Assembly: GCA_052148655.1 (NCBI GenBank)
Contig: JBKQHU010000017.1
Span: 5,614-69,613, forward strand
Direction of reading: 5' to 3'
Origin: Acidimicrobiales bacterium
GTDB lineage: Bacteria; Actinomycetota; Acidimicrobiia; Acidimicrobiales; Bog-793
DNA length: 64,000 nucleotides
How positions within the stretch are numbered: position 1 is the first letter of the stretch; every line of letters begins with the position of its first letter. A program made the position numbers and the translations under genes. Below the pieces are notes generated by a model. It saw only the letters and a program-made list of their open reading frames with translations. It had not been told where the DNA came from and did no database searches. Positions 47,682 through 56,294 of this stretch are shown in pieces.

Positions 47682-48635
47682 ATGGATGTTTCCGCGGTCT
47701 CAGCCACCGGTGCCACAGGGCCGGCCGTAAAGCGCGGCTCAGCCGAGCCCTCGACGGGGCGACCCGCGCGCGGAGGGAGCCTGACAGCCGCGCAGGTCGC
47801 CGTCTACGAGGAGGAGGGCTACCTGGTTCTGCCCGATTTCCTCGACGACGACGACCTGGCCCCGCCGCGCGAAGCGATGATGCAGAAGGTCGACCTGATG
47901 GCCGCCGACCTCCTCGCTGCCGGCCTCATCACCGATCTCCTCGTCGACGAGCCGTTCCGTACGCGTCTCGCCCGCCTTTTCGAGGGGCTCGGCGAGGAGG
48001 AATTTCTCGCCTACGGCCGAAGCTGGCGTGACCGGATCCCCGGCTACTACCTGTTGATGAGCAATGCGAAGATCCTCGATGCCATAGAGAGCCTCATAGG
48101 CCCTGAAATCTTCTCTAACCCCGTCTACAACGTACGCCCGAAGGTGCCCCGCGTCGCGGCCGGCGCTGTGCCCTGGCACCAGGACAAGTCTTACTGGCCG
48201 GACGCGAACTCGAACCCGGTCATCACGGTGTGGATCTCACTTGTGGACGCCACCTTGGAGAACGGCTGCCTCCACATGATCCCGCGGACCCAGCACCGCC
48301 GGGTCTTGAGCTTCACCGCGGAAACGTACTCCGGGACCGGCTACCTCGCCGTCGAGGACCGCCATCTCAACCAGACGCTCAGACGTCGTGTGCGCCCGTT
48401 GCCCGTCAAGGCCGGCACGGCCGTGCTCTTCAACGACCGCCTCATCCATTCCTCGACGCCGAACAACTCTGACCACGTCCGCTGGAGCGTGGACCTCCGC
48501 TACCAACCGACCGATCAGGACCCTATGCCCCAGTACGGCGCAGGGTTCCTCGCTCGCAGCCACAAGTACCCGGACCGCGTGGCGACCCTGGAGGACTGGC
48601 TCGCCGAGCGCCCTGAGGCGTTGCAGACCAGATGA
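47682..48635 (+). CDS. Phytanoyl-CoA dioxygenase (PhyH) family Fe(II)/2-oxoglutarate-dependent oxygenase
   Basis: YEEEGYLVLPDFL, the WHQDKSYW (HxD) motif, and the distal His in LFNDRLIHSSTPN...RWSVDLRY are present. The ATG at 47682 follows GAAAGGA. The longest ORF starts at 47622. Confidence 0.8.
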   Translation: MDVSAVSATGATGPAVKRGSAEPSTGRPARGGSLTAAQVAVYEEEGYLVLPDFLDDDDLAPPREAMMQKVDLMAADLLAAGLITDLLVDEPFRTRLARLFEGLGEEEFLAYGRSWRDRIPGYYLLMSNAKILDAIESLIGPEIFSNPVYNVRPKVPRVAAGAVPWHQDKSYWPDANSNPVITVWISLVDATLENGCLHMIPRTQHRRVLSFTAETYSGTGYLAVEDRHLNQTLRRRVRPLPVKAGTAVLFNDRLIHSSTPNNSDHVRWSVDLRYQPTDQDPMPQYGAGFLARSHKYPDRVATLEDWLAERPEALQTR

Positions 48636-48754
48636 TCAGCCGCAGGCAGGTTTCGACGACCGTGCCCTAGCCGAGCGTCGAAGCGGGCTGATTGAGCCGC
48701 GGCGACAACTCAAGGGCTCTCCATGTGATCGGACGCGCCCAGGGGAAAGTGGTC

Positions 48755-49894
48755 TCAGGGCGCCCACGACACTGTGGTGGCGCCTTTCATCGTCGTGAGC
48801 GCCTTGCCGTTCAGACGAAGCGGCCCGGAGGCGATCTCTTCCAGGATCGGGGCCTCCGTCCCACCGACCTTGATGTGCCCGGCCTGGTAGGCGAGAACGC
48901 CGCTCGCCGCAGTGGCCACCAGTGCGCCCTTGTTGTCGCCGGTCAGCACACCGTGGGAAGACACCCACAGCACCGCGGTTCGCATCGTGGCCTGTCCGGT
49001 GCAGTCGATCATGGTGGCGTCGAGCGTGTCGGTGGGATCAAAGATGAACTGCTGCACCCGCCAGCGCGGACCGCTCGGCAGGGAGACAGCCCGCACGGTG
49101 CCCTGGGCGGTGTTGAACAGGAATACCCGCGACGGGGGCCCTACACCGCATCCGTCGGTGTGGTCACCGAGCTCGGCCGCGAAGACCCTGCCGTCCGCGG
49201 ACACGGCGGTCACCTCGTACGGAGGCCCGTTGCGGGCGGGTTTCGGCAGCGCCTTCAGCTTGGTCACCGTACCGCTGACACTGACGCGCCACAGCTGCGT
49301 GCCGGTCTTTAGGTCCGGTCCCATGATGAAGCCTCCCGAGTAGCCGGCGACGTTGTCACTCGTGGGCAGCTTCACCGACCGGTGGCGGACGGGTCCCCCG
49401 ACCTTGTAGGTGATCAGCGTCGAGGGCGAGTTCAGGTCCTCGCCGGCCACGAGGAGTGCCAGCCCGGACCGGGAGACTGACAGCCCTTCGGAATACGTCT
49501 GCGTCACAGTCCACGAGGCGCGCCGGTGAGTGACCGTGTCGTACCAGCCGATCGCCCCCTCGCCGGTGATCGGGTCACTCTGCTCCCAGCCGAGGTAGCG
49601 CCCGTCCGAGGACCACTCGAAGTCGGTCACGGTCATCGCCTTGCCGGCGCGGCCCACGCGGGCGGGCCCGACTGTCGTGCGAGAGCCGTCTTGAAGCACC
49701 GTCAGCCTGCCCGCCATGAGTACCGCGAGAGCGGGAACGTGCGGCGTTACCGCCGGCTGACCGGTCTGCGCCGCGACCATGCCCGGCACCAGGGCAACCA
49801 CGAGCGTGGCGCCGACCAGGCCGGTGAGACCGTGGCGCACCGCCTTGGACCTAGCTGCGATGAAGGATCGGGGCAGGTTCACCCCCGCAGTCAT
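48755..49894 (-). CDS. Secreted hypothetical protein (possibly beta-propeller-like)
   Basis: ORF 48755..50128. The ATG at 49894 gives MTAGVNLPRSFIAARSKAVRHGLTGLVGATLVVALVPGMVAAQ, a signal peptide. The rest is beta-strand-rich with WSSDGRYLGW and VSADGRVF segments reminiscent of TolB/WD-like blades. No confident family. Confidence 0.5.
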   Translation of the reverse strand: MTAGVNLPRSFIAARSKAVRHGLTGLVGATLVVALVPGMVAAQTGQPAVTPHVPALAVLMAGRLTVLQDGSRTTVGPARVGRAGKAMTVTDFEWSSDGRYLGWEQSDPITGEGAIGWYDTVTHRRASWTVTQTYSEGLSVSRSGLALLVAGEDLNSPSTLITYKVGGPVRHRSVKLPTSDNVAGYSGGFIMGPDLKTGTQLWRVSVSGTVTKLKALPKPARNGPPYEVTAVSADGRVFAAELGDHTDGCGVGPPSRVFLFNTAQGTVRAVSLPSGPRWRVQQFIFDPTDTLDATMIDCTGQATMRTAVLWVSSHGVLTGDNKGALVATAASGVLAYQAGHIKVGGTEAPILEEIASGPLRLNGKALTTMKGATTVSWAP

Positions 49895-50355
49895 ATCAGG
49901 GCCCGAGGGTGCCAGCAACGATGCTGGGGCCCGCAGAACCCGTGGCGCACGGGCACGCCGGGCTGTTGACCGGTGGCGCGTCGAGGGCGAGGCAACCAAC
50001 GCGACCTGTGGGCAACAGACCGCGGACTGGTCCTTCATCCATGAGAGGGCTCCCGCGGCCGATCCGCGGTGAGCGCGGGATGATGCCGCGATGCGAAACG
50101 CCACCTGCATCCGTCTCCGAACATTCACCGGCAGGCACCACGACGACCGCCTATATCACCTGCCATCAGAGGTTGCAGAGCTAAGATTTTCCGCAGAGGT
50201 GGAAATGCCAGGAGTGGGTCACACTTCGCTCCCCAGGGCACCGCAAGGTGTCACTGACGTCCGATAGAGAGTTCGTCCGGCCGACGCCGGCGGTTGGTTC
50301 CGGCCCCTCGGGAAGCTCGTCGCCAGTCAATCCTGAGAACCCAAGGAGGGGCTCT

Positions 50356-51232
50356 ATGGCGCGACACACCGGCGTCGGGACGGTCAACGAGCGCCAAACG
50401 ATGACCTGGGACAGCTCGGTCGTCCCCACGAAGTACTGGCACGTCACAGACAACGAACGCATCCAGTGCGACCTTTGTCCGCGTGCCTGCAGGCTTCACG
50501 AGGGCCAACGCGGCCTGTGTTTCCTGCGGGGTCGCTTGGAGAATCAGGTTGTCCTGGCAGGCTATGGGCACTCGAGCGGGTTCTGTGTCGACCCGGTCGA
50601 GAAGAAGCCCCTGAACCATTTCCTGCCTGGCAGCGCCGTGTCCAGAGCCCCGTCGGGAGTTCTACTCCCACATCGACGCCGCCAACATCGACCTGAAGGC
50701 GTTCAGCGAAGACTTCTACCGTCAGGTCTGCGGTGGTCATCTCGAAGCCGTCAAGGACACCCTGTGCTACCTCCATCAGGAGACCTCGGTCTGGTTGGAG
50801 GTGACGACGTTGCTGATACCGGGCCTGCACGACTCTGACGAGGAACTGGAAGCGCTCGTGTCTTGGATCGCCTCCGATCTTGACAGCGACGTGCCTGTTC
50901 ACTTCACCGCCTTCCACCCGGACTACAAGCTCGTTGGCTTGCCGCCGACACCGGTTGGCACGTTGCGCCGCGCCCGGCGCCCGGCCCTGGCGGCGGGGTT
51001 GTCTCACGTTTACATCGGCAACGTTCACGACCGGGAGGGATCCTGCACCTACTGTGCCGGATGCGGTCAGTTGCTGGTGGAGCGAGAGGGCTACACGATC
51101 AAACAGTTTCGCCTATTTGATGACGGCTGCTGTACCAACTGCGGGGCACAACTTGCGGGTGTGTTCGACGGTGCAGCCGGAGCCTGGGGGGCTCGGCGCC
51201 TGGCAGTGCACCTGACACCGGTCGCGTCATGA
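50356..51232 (+). pseudogene. AmmeMemoRadiSam-system radical SAM enzyme, internally deleted and frameshifted (CX3CX2C region missing)
   Basis: The ATG at 50356 follows AAGGAGGG. The N-terminal part reads ...IQCDLCPRACRLHEGQRGLCFLRGR...FCVDPVEKKPLNHFLPGSAV up to 50640. The +1 frame from about 50657 reads EFYSHIDAANIDLKAFSEDFY...WLEVTTLLIPGLHDSDEE...VHFTAFHPDYK...YIGNV...CTYCAGCG...CTNCG and runs to 51232. Only about 20 nt lie where homologues have roughly 90-100 aa, including the GCNxxCxxCQN motif. Confidence 0.7.
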
Positions 51233-52026
51233 CCTGCGTCATACGTGAGCCGGCGGTCGCGGGTACCTTCTATCCCGAGGATGCGACGATCCTCGCCGAA
51301 ACGCTGCGCCGCCTACTCAACTCCGCTCGCTTCAAAGCGTCAGGCGGACCTGCTCCCAAGGCAATCGTCGTCCCCCATGCGGGTTACATCAACTCCGGGC
51401 CAGTCGCCGCCAGCGCCTACGCCCGGGTAGCCGCCGCCAGAGGTCACTTGCAGCGGGTCGTCGTGCTCGGCCCGGCGCACACCGTCGCATTGGAGGACAT
51501 CGCCGCGTCAGGCGCCGACGGCTTTGCCACGCCGCTCGGTGTGCTCGAGGTCGACCGCGCCTCGCGAGACGGTCTCATCGCGGACGGGCTCATATCGATC
51601 TTTGAGCTGGCGCACCTCGCCGAGCACAGCCTCGAGGTTCAGCTGCCGTTCATCCAGTTCGTCCTTGGCCCGGTACAAGTGCTGCCCCTGTTGATCGGGA
51701 CGGCGTCGACCGCCGCGGTCGCCCAGCTGCTGGGGCGCGTCTGGGGTGGGCCGGAGACCCTGGTGGTCGTGAGCACTGATTTGAGTCACTACCACGACCG
51801 CGAGACCACACGGCGCCTCGACAACCGAACTGCGGCGGTGATTGTCTCTCGTAACCCGGAGGGCGTGTCCCCCGCCGATGCGTGCGGGGCCCACGTGCTG
51901 CGCGGCTTGCTCAGCTTCGCGCTCAAGCGTGAGATAGAAGTTGAGCTGTTGGATCTGGGCACTTCGGCCGACACCGTTGGCAATCCCACACGGGTTGTCG
52001 GGTACGGTGCCTTCGCCCTGGCGTGA
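51229..52026 (+). CDS. AmmeMemoRadiSam system protein B (MEMO1 family)
   Basis: 265 aa with REPAVAGTFYPED, VPHAGYINSGPVAA, EHSLEVQLPF and VSTDLSHYH, the characteristic Memo motifs. It has a 4-nt ATGA overlap with the upstream radical SAM remnant. Confidence 0.85.
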   Translation: MTCVIREPAVAGTFYPEDATILAETLRRLLNSARFKASGGPAPKAIVVPHAGYINSGPVAASAYARVAAARGHLQRVVVLGPAHTVALEDIAASGADGFATPLGVLEVDRASRDGLIADGLISIFELAHLAEHSLEVQLPFIQFVLGPVQVLPLLIGTASTAAVAQLLGRVWGGPETLVVVSTDLSHYHDRETTRRLDNRTAAVIVSRNPEGVSPADACGAHVLRGLLSFALKREIEVELLDLGTSADTVGNPTRVVGYGAFALA

Positions 52027-52313
52027 GCCGAGTTGCCCGCAACGACACTGCGAGGCCCGACAGCGCGGCATTGGCCATTGGGGGTTTGTCGTAAAGCGGT
52101 TCTGGCGGGTTGCGCAACGCCACAACACCGGGCTGCGCTCTCCTGCCTCGAGCACACCGTGGGATCGTGCCTTCCGGTCCGCTGGCCCCTCTCCTTGCGG
52201 CCACGAGGCACATGCGCCGATTTGCTCTCCGGCGATCACGTCTCCAACGCCGCTCGAATCAAGCAAGCCGATAGCGTCGGCAGCGCCAAGACGAACCGAG
52301 AGGAGCCGAGCAC

Positions 52314-53210
52314 GTGTCGACAGCTGAGGAGCCGCCGGTCGCGGTTGTCGGACTCGGCCGCATCGGCGCGGGCATCGTCCGCAGCTTGTTGCGCAGCGGC
52401 CGGCGGGTACGTGTGTTCAACCGGACAGCCGAGAAGGCTGCACCTCTCGTCGCGGCCGGCGCGACGGCTGTGGCCAGTCCCGCGGAGGCGACGGCCGGAG
52501 CGGTCGTCGTCATATCCAGCCTGCTGAACGACGAGGCAGTCCGCGCCGTCGTATCGGCTGATGACGGGCTGGTGGCAGGCATGGCGGCGGGTGCGATCCA
52601 CGTGTCGACATCCACTGTCTCGCCTGGCTTGTCTGACGAACTCTCCCTCCTCCACGGCTCGCAGGGACAGCAGTTCCTTGCGGCACCGGTGATCGGTCGT
52701 CCGAGCGTGGCCCATGCAGGTCAGCTCGTGAGCCTCGTGGGTGGTCCGGCCGGGGTTCTCGACCGCGCTCGTCGGTGCATCGAGGCATACAGCGCTCGCA
52801 TCGTGCACGTCGGGGCAACGCCAGGCACGGCCAACAGCCTCAAGCTCGCCTTCAACTTCTACGTAGCCTCGAGCGCAGAACTGTTCGGCCAGTTCCTCGC
52901 TTTCACAGAGAAGTCCGGAGTGGACCACGAGATCGCGATGCAGATGTTGCGTGAGCTCCAGGGTCATCCCGGCATCGCCGCCTATCTCGAACGCATCGGC
53001 GGGCGCGCCTACGACGAGGTTGGATTCGAGATGGCGACCGGGCTCAAGGATCTGCAGTTGATGCTTCTCGCCGCGGCGGCGGTCCGATCACCGCTTCCCT
53101 ACGCTGCGATCGTCTTTGACCGGACTCTCAGCGCGCTCGCCACAGGGCTTGGGGACAAGGACTGGAGCGCCTTCGCCGAGATTGCAAGGCTGAACGCAGG
53201 GCTCCCATAG
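52314..53210 (+). CDS. NAD(P)-dependent oxidoreductase, 3-hydroxyisobutyrate/6-phosphogluconate dehydrogenase-like
   Basis: 298 aa with a GTG start after GAGAGGAG. The Rossmann motif is VAVVGLGRIGAGIVRSLL. A helical C-terminal domain carries NSLKLAFN. Confidence 0.75.
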   Translation: MSTAEEPPVAVVGLGRIGAGIVRSLLRSGRRVRVFNRTAEKAAPLVAAGATAVASPAEATAGAVVVISSLLNDEAVRAVVSADDGLVAGMAAGAIHVSTSTVSPGLSDELSLLHGSQGQQFLAAPVIGRPSVAHAGQLVSLVGGPAGVLDRARRCIEAYSARIVHVGATPGTANSLKLAFNFYVASSAELFGQFLAFTEKSGVDHEIAMQMLRELQGHPGIAAYLERIGGRAYDEVGFEMATGLKDLQLMLLAAAAVRSPLPYAAIVFDRTLSALATGLGDKDWSAFAEIARLNAGLP

Positions 53211-53257
53211 GCTCTGTCTCAGCTGGGCGGCAACTGGGGAGAAAGAGGACAGAGAAG

Positions 53258-53944
53258 ATGGGCCATTCAGTGATCGTCGGGGGGAGCAGCGGCATAGGAC
53301 TCGTAATAGCGCAACGGCTCGCGAGCCACGGCGACGAGGTCGTGATCACCAGCAGGCAAGCAAGCAAAGCGGAAACGGTCGCGAGAGAGGTCGGTTCGGG
53401 CGCGAGAGGCCTTGCGTTGGACCTCGCCCGTCCTGAGGCGATCGAGGACGCCCTCAAGAGCATTACTTCGGTGGACAATCTCGTCATCACAGCCATCGAG
53501 CAGGCTGTGAACACCCTTCGCGACTATGACATAGGACAGGCGGTCAGGTCGGTGACCGTGAAGCTCGTGGGATACACAGAGGTCGTCCGCGTCCTCCACC
53601 CGAAATTCTCGACCGGAGCGTCCGTTGTGCTCTTCGGCGGCCTCGCCAAGGACCGGCCCTACCCGGGTTCGACCATGGTCTCAACCTTCAACGGAGGTGT
53701 GAGCGGCCTGATGAGGACCCTCGCTGTCGAGATCGCGCCCCACCGCGTCAATGCGCTGCACCCGGGTGTCGTCGGCGACAGCCCCAAGTGGCGAGATATG
53801 CCCAACCACCCCCACATTGCGCGTACACCCATCGGGCGTCTCGTGACGATGTCCGAGATCGCGGACGCAACGGAGTTCCTCCTGCGCAACAACGGCGTGA
53901 ACGCTCACGAACTCGTCGTCGACGGTGGGCTACTCGTCACGTAG
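53258..53944 (+). CDS. Short-chain dehydrogenase/reductase (SDR) family oxidoreductase
   Basis: 228 aa. VIVGGSSGIGLVIAQRL is the TGxxxGxG-type motif. ...RVNALHPGVV and a C-terminal VVDGG follow. Confidence 0.8.
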   Translation: MGHSVIVGGSSGIGLVIAQRLASHGDEVVITSRQASKAETVAREVGSGARGLALDLARPEAIEDALKSITSVDNLVITAIEQAVNTLRDYDIGQAVRSVTVKLVGYTEVVRVLHPKFSTGASVVLFGGLAKDRPYPGSTMVSTFNGGVSGLMRTLAVEIAPHRVNALHPGVVGDSPKWRDMPNHPHIARTPIGRLVTMSEIADATEFLLRNNGVNAHELVVDGGLLVT

Positions 53945-54028
53945 ACAACGACCACCGGTACCGCAGTCCCGCCACCTCGAAACCGCGCTCGGAAGCTCGA
54001 GGGATTGGCGAACTGGCCGACGGCCAAG

Positions 54029-54469
54029 TCAGGTGGCTTCGGTGTTGACGATCAGCAGGTTGCAGCGGGCGCGATGCGAGATCTTGTTCGGGACGCTTCC
54101 GAGCACGAAGCGCGTCATGCTACTCATGCCCCTGTTTCCAACCACTATCAAGTCAGCGCCGACGTCTTCGGCGACGCCGACAATGGCATCGGCCACGTCG
54201 GCTGCGCCGGGATTGTGCACTTCGACTGAAACGCCCTCGCGTTCGGCCTCGGCGAGCAGCACCGCGCCCGTACGCTGAGCGTGCACCTGCATCCTGTCGA
54301 TCTCGGGCTGGCCTCCGCTCAAGTCGGTGATTCCCGGCCTGACCGCGAGGTGAACCACCTGAACTGCATGCAACTTCGCCCCTGACATCTTCGCAAGCTC
54401 GAGGGCGTGTCTGTAGGCGAGCGACGCCCGTTCGGAACCGTCTGTGCCGACGACGATTGCCTTGTACAT
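54029..54469 (-). CDS. Universal stress protein (UspA family)
   Basis: 146 aa. MYKAIVVGTDGSERA...DLIVVGNRGMSSMTRFVLGSVPNKISHRARCNLLIVNT. Confidence 0.85.
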   Translation of the reverse strand: MYKAIVVGTDGSERASLAYRHALELAKMSGAKLHAVQVVHLAVRPGITDLSGGQPEIDRMQVHAQRTGAVLLAEAEREGVSVEVHNPGAADVADAIVGVAEDVGADLIVVGNRGMSSMTRFVLGSVPNKISHRARCNLLIVNTEAT

Positions 54470-54582
54470 GCCAGTCGCCCCCCTTTGGCGGAGACACGGC
54501 GGGAGTCGCGTTCCGCGTGCCTCGAGAACAGTGCCCGCACTCTAACGTCGATCCTCACCGGCGACAATGCATTCCGCTGCCT

Positions 54583-54598
54583 CACTCAGGCCTGAGTG
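54583..54598. promoter_or_regulatory. Perfect 16-bp palindrome CACTCAGGCCTGAGTG upstream of the usp gene (candidate operator or hairpin)
   Basis: Read directly. It lies about 115 nt upstream of the start at 54469, in a 359-nt intergenic region. Confidence 0.25.
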
Positions 54599-54828
54599 CC
54601 ACTCCAATCGAGCCGGCACCGCGGGCAAAAGGACGGTCCCGCGAAGCGAATTGAGGTGAGGGCGTCAGGGTTTCGGTGGCCGGGATTTGATCGATGCCGG
54701 CGGACACGGCGGTCGACGCGACGATCTACTCGTACGGCTCCAAACCCGCTGCGAAAGAGTACGTCGTCATGGTCGAAACCGAGATGGCGGCTCGGTTCAA
54801 TTGCCGGCACGTGAAGGCACCGCCTCGC

Positions 54829-55965
54829 TCAGCTGATCGTCGAGTCGACCACCTTCGGGCGCCCGCGGCTCTGAAAGAAGATGCCGGGGTACGGTCTCGT
54901 CCAGAAGCCCGCGCTCGGGTTGTCGTCCAACGTGGAGCTCTCGATGCTCAACGTGCCCGTGTTGTCGTCACTGACGAAGAAGATGGCACCGCCGCCCTCA
55001 CGGGCATGATTGTCGCGGATGACCGTGCCCTCGATCTCGAGCGAGTACCTGTCACCGTCGCAGTAGATGGCACCACCGCTGCCCCCGCCGGGGGCACCTG
55101 GCGCGGCCGGGTTCGCCCCGTAGCCGATGGCGTCGTTATTGGTCATGATGCTGTTGAGCACCACCCAAGACACCCCGATGCTGCTGAGCGCACCGCCGTT
55201 GGAGCACCGCCCGCCCCGGAAGGTGTCGCTGGTGATGTAAACCGGCTTGTCGCGCCACTGGGCAAGGGCGCGGACGGCGGCACCGCCGAGGTCCGGACCG
55301 ACGTGATAGCAGCGGTTGTCGATGAACCGGGAGTTGACCACCTTCAACTGGCCGCCCAGGTCGAAGATGGCGCCTCCTCCCCCGCCACCGAAGCTCGTGC
55401 CCTTGGACTGGCTGACAGTGGAGGTGCCGTCCACGAAGGTCATGTTCTGTACCACGAGCTCAGGCCATTCCTGGTCGTAGCAGTCCGAGGTGGTCCACCG
55501 CTGTCTCTTGTCGCAAGTGTTCAAGTAGAGGATCTGGCGCTTCCCGGCGCCGTTGAGGGTGACCGTCCCGCCGCCGTCGAGCACGATCCGGTGGCTCGTG
55601 TTCACGACCTTGGCCGTGGCGGTCATCGTTATGGTCGCGGGGCCCGGACCGCAGTTGAAGGTGATGACGCCACCGCTGGCGACTGCCCTGACGACCGCGG
55701 CGGATGTGCAGCTGGCCGGTGTGCCGGTCCCGATGACGTGGTCCGGGTGGTTGGCGTCATCCGCTTCTCCGGCAGGTGGTACGGGCGCATGGCCCGCCGG
55801 GTTACCGAAGTCCGGCACCGGGCGCTTCGACCCAGGCACCGAGGCCGAGACGCTTGTAACAAGAGGAGCGACGCCGCTCGCTGTCAACGCGACTGCCCCC
55901 GCCAGGATCGCGAAGAACCCTCCGAGACCACCCCTGCACCGCACGGCGCCCGATTTTACCTTCAT
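54829..55965 (-). CDS. Secreted right-handed beta-helix protein with GGAI-type (Pmp-like) repeats
   Basis: ORF 54829..56046. The ATG at 55965 gives MKVKSGAVRCRGGLGGFFAILAGAVALTASG, a signal peptide. Repeated GGGGGGAIFDLGG, GGSGGAIYCDG, EGGGAIFFVSDD and NGGALSSIG segments, spaced about 25-50 aa apart, are typical of parallel beta-helix proteins. The antisense 466-aa ORF is a shadow ORF. Confidence 0.65.
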   Translation of the reverse strand: MKVKSGAVRCRGGLGGFFAILAGAVALTASGVAPLVTSVSASVPGSKRPVPDFGNPAGHAPVPPAGEADDANHPDHVIGTGTPASCTSAAVVRAVASGGVITFNCGPGPATITMTATAKVVNTSHRIVLDGGGTVTLNGAGKRQILYLNTCDKRQRWTTSDCYDQEWPELVVQNMTFVDGTSTVSQSKGTSFGGGGGGAIFDLGGQLKVVNSRFIDNRCYHVGPDLGGAAVRALAQWRDKPVYITSDTFRGGRCSNGGALSSIGVSWVVLNSIMTNNDAIGYGANPAAPGAPGGGSGGAIYCDGDRYSLEIEGTVIRDNHAREGGGAIFFVSDDNTGTLSIESSTLDDNPSAGFWTRPYPGIFFQSRGRPKVVDSTIS

Positions 55966-56294
55966 GTTCCGTTGGCCCTGGGGGAGACGTCCGCAGGGCG
56001 TGCCCGCCCGGGGGAACCACCCAGCTGGGCCGTACGAATCCGCCAACTCGGCCGGCGGCAGAGCCCGGCGCCACGTGGAGCACCTCGCTCATAGGCGCAA
56101 ACTGACGCAGGCATCCCGGTCTATGACCGACCAACCTGGACGGAGTCTGGACCCAGCGGCCGGCTTGCTGCTGTGGTCAGTCCGCCGCGTGCGGCGTGCC
56201 GCGTAAGCACCTTGGAAGCTCAAGTCCGCGAAAGGTGGTCTCGGGACCGGCTACGAAGAATCGATTCATCGGTGGCACTAGGCCGAAGCGTGCC

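Noticed and set aside
52027-52313. Search for a degraded AMMECR1 (AmmeMemoRadiSam protein A) gene downstream of the Memo gene.
   Set aside because: All three forward frames, translated by hand, show no LRGCIG or DPRF motifs or other AMMECR1 signatures. The space is also too short for the roughly 180-aa domain.
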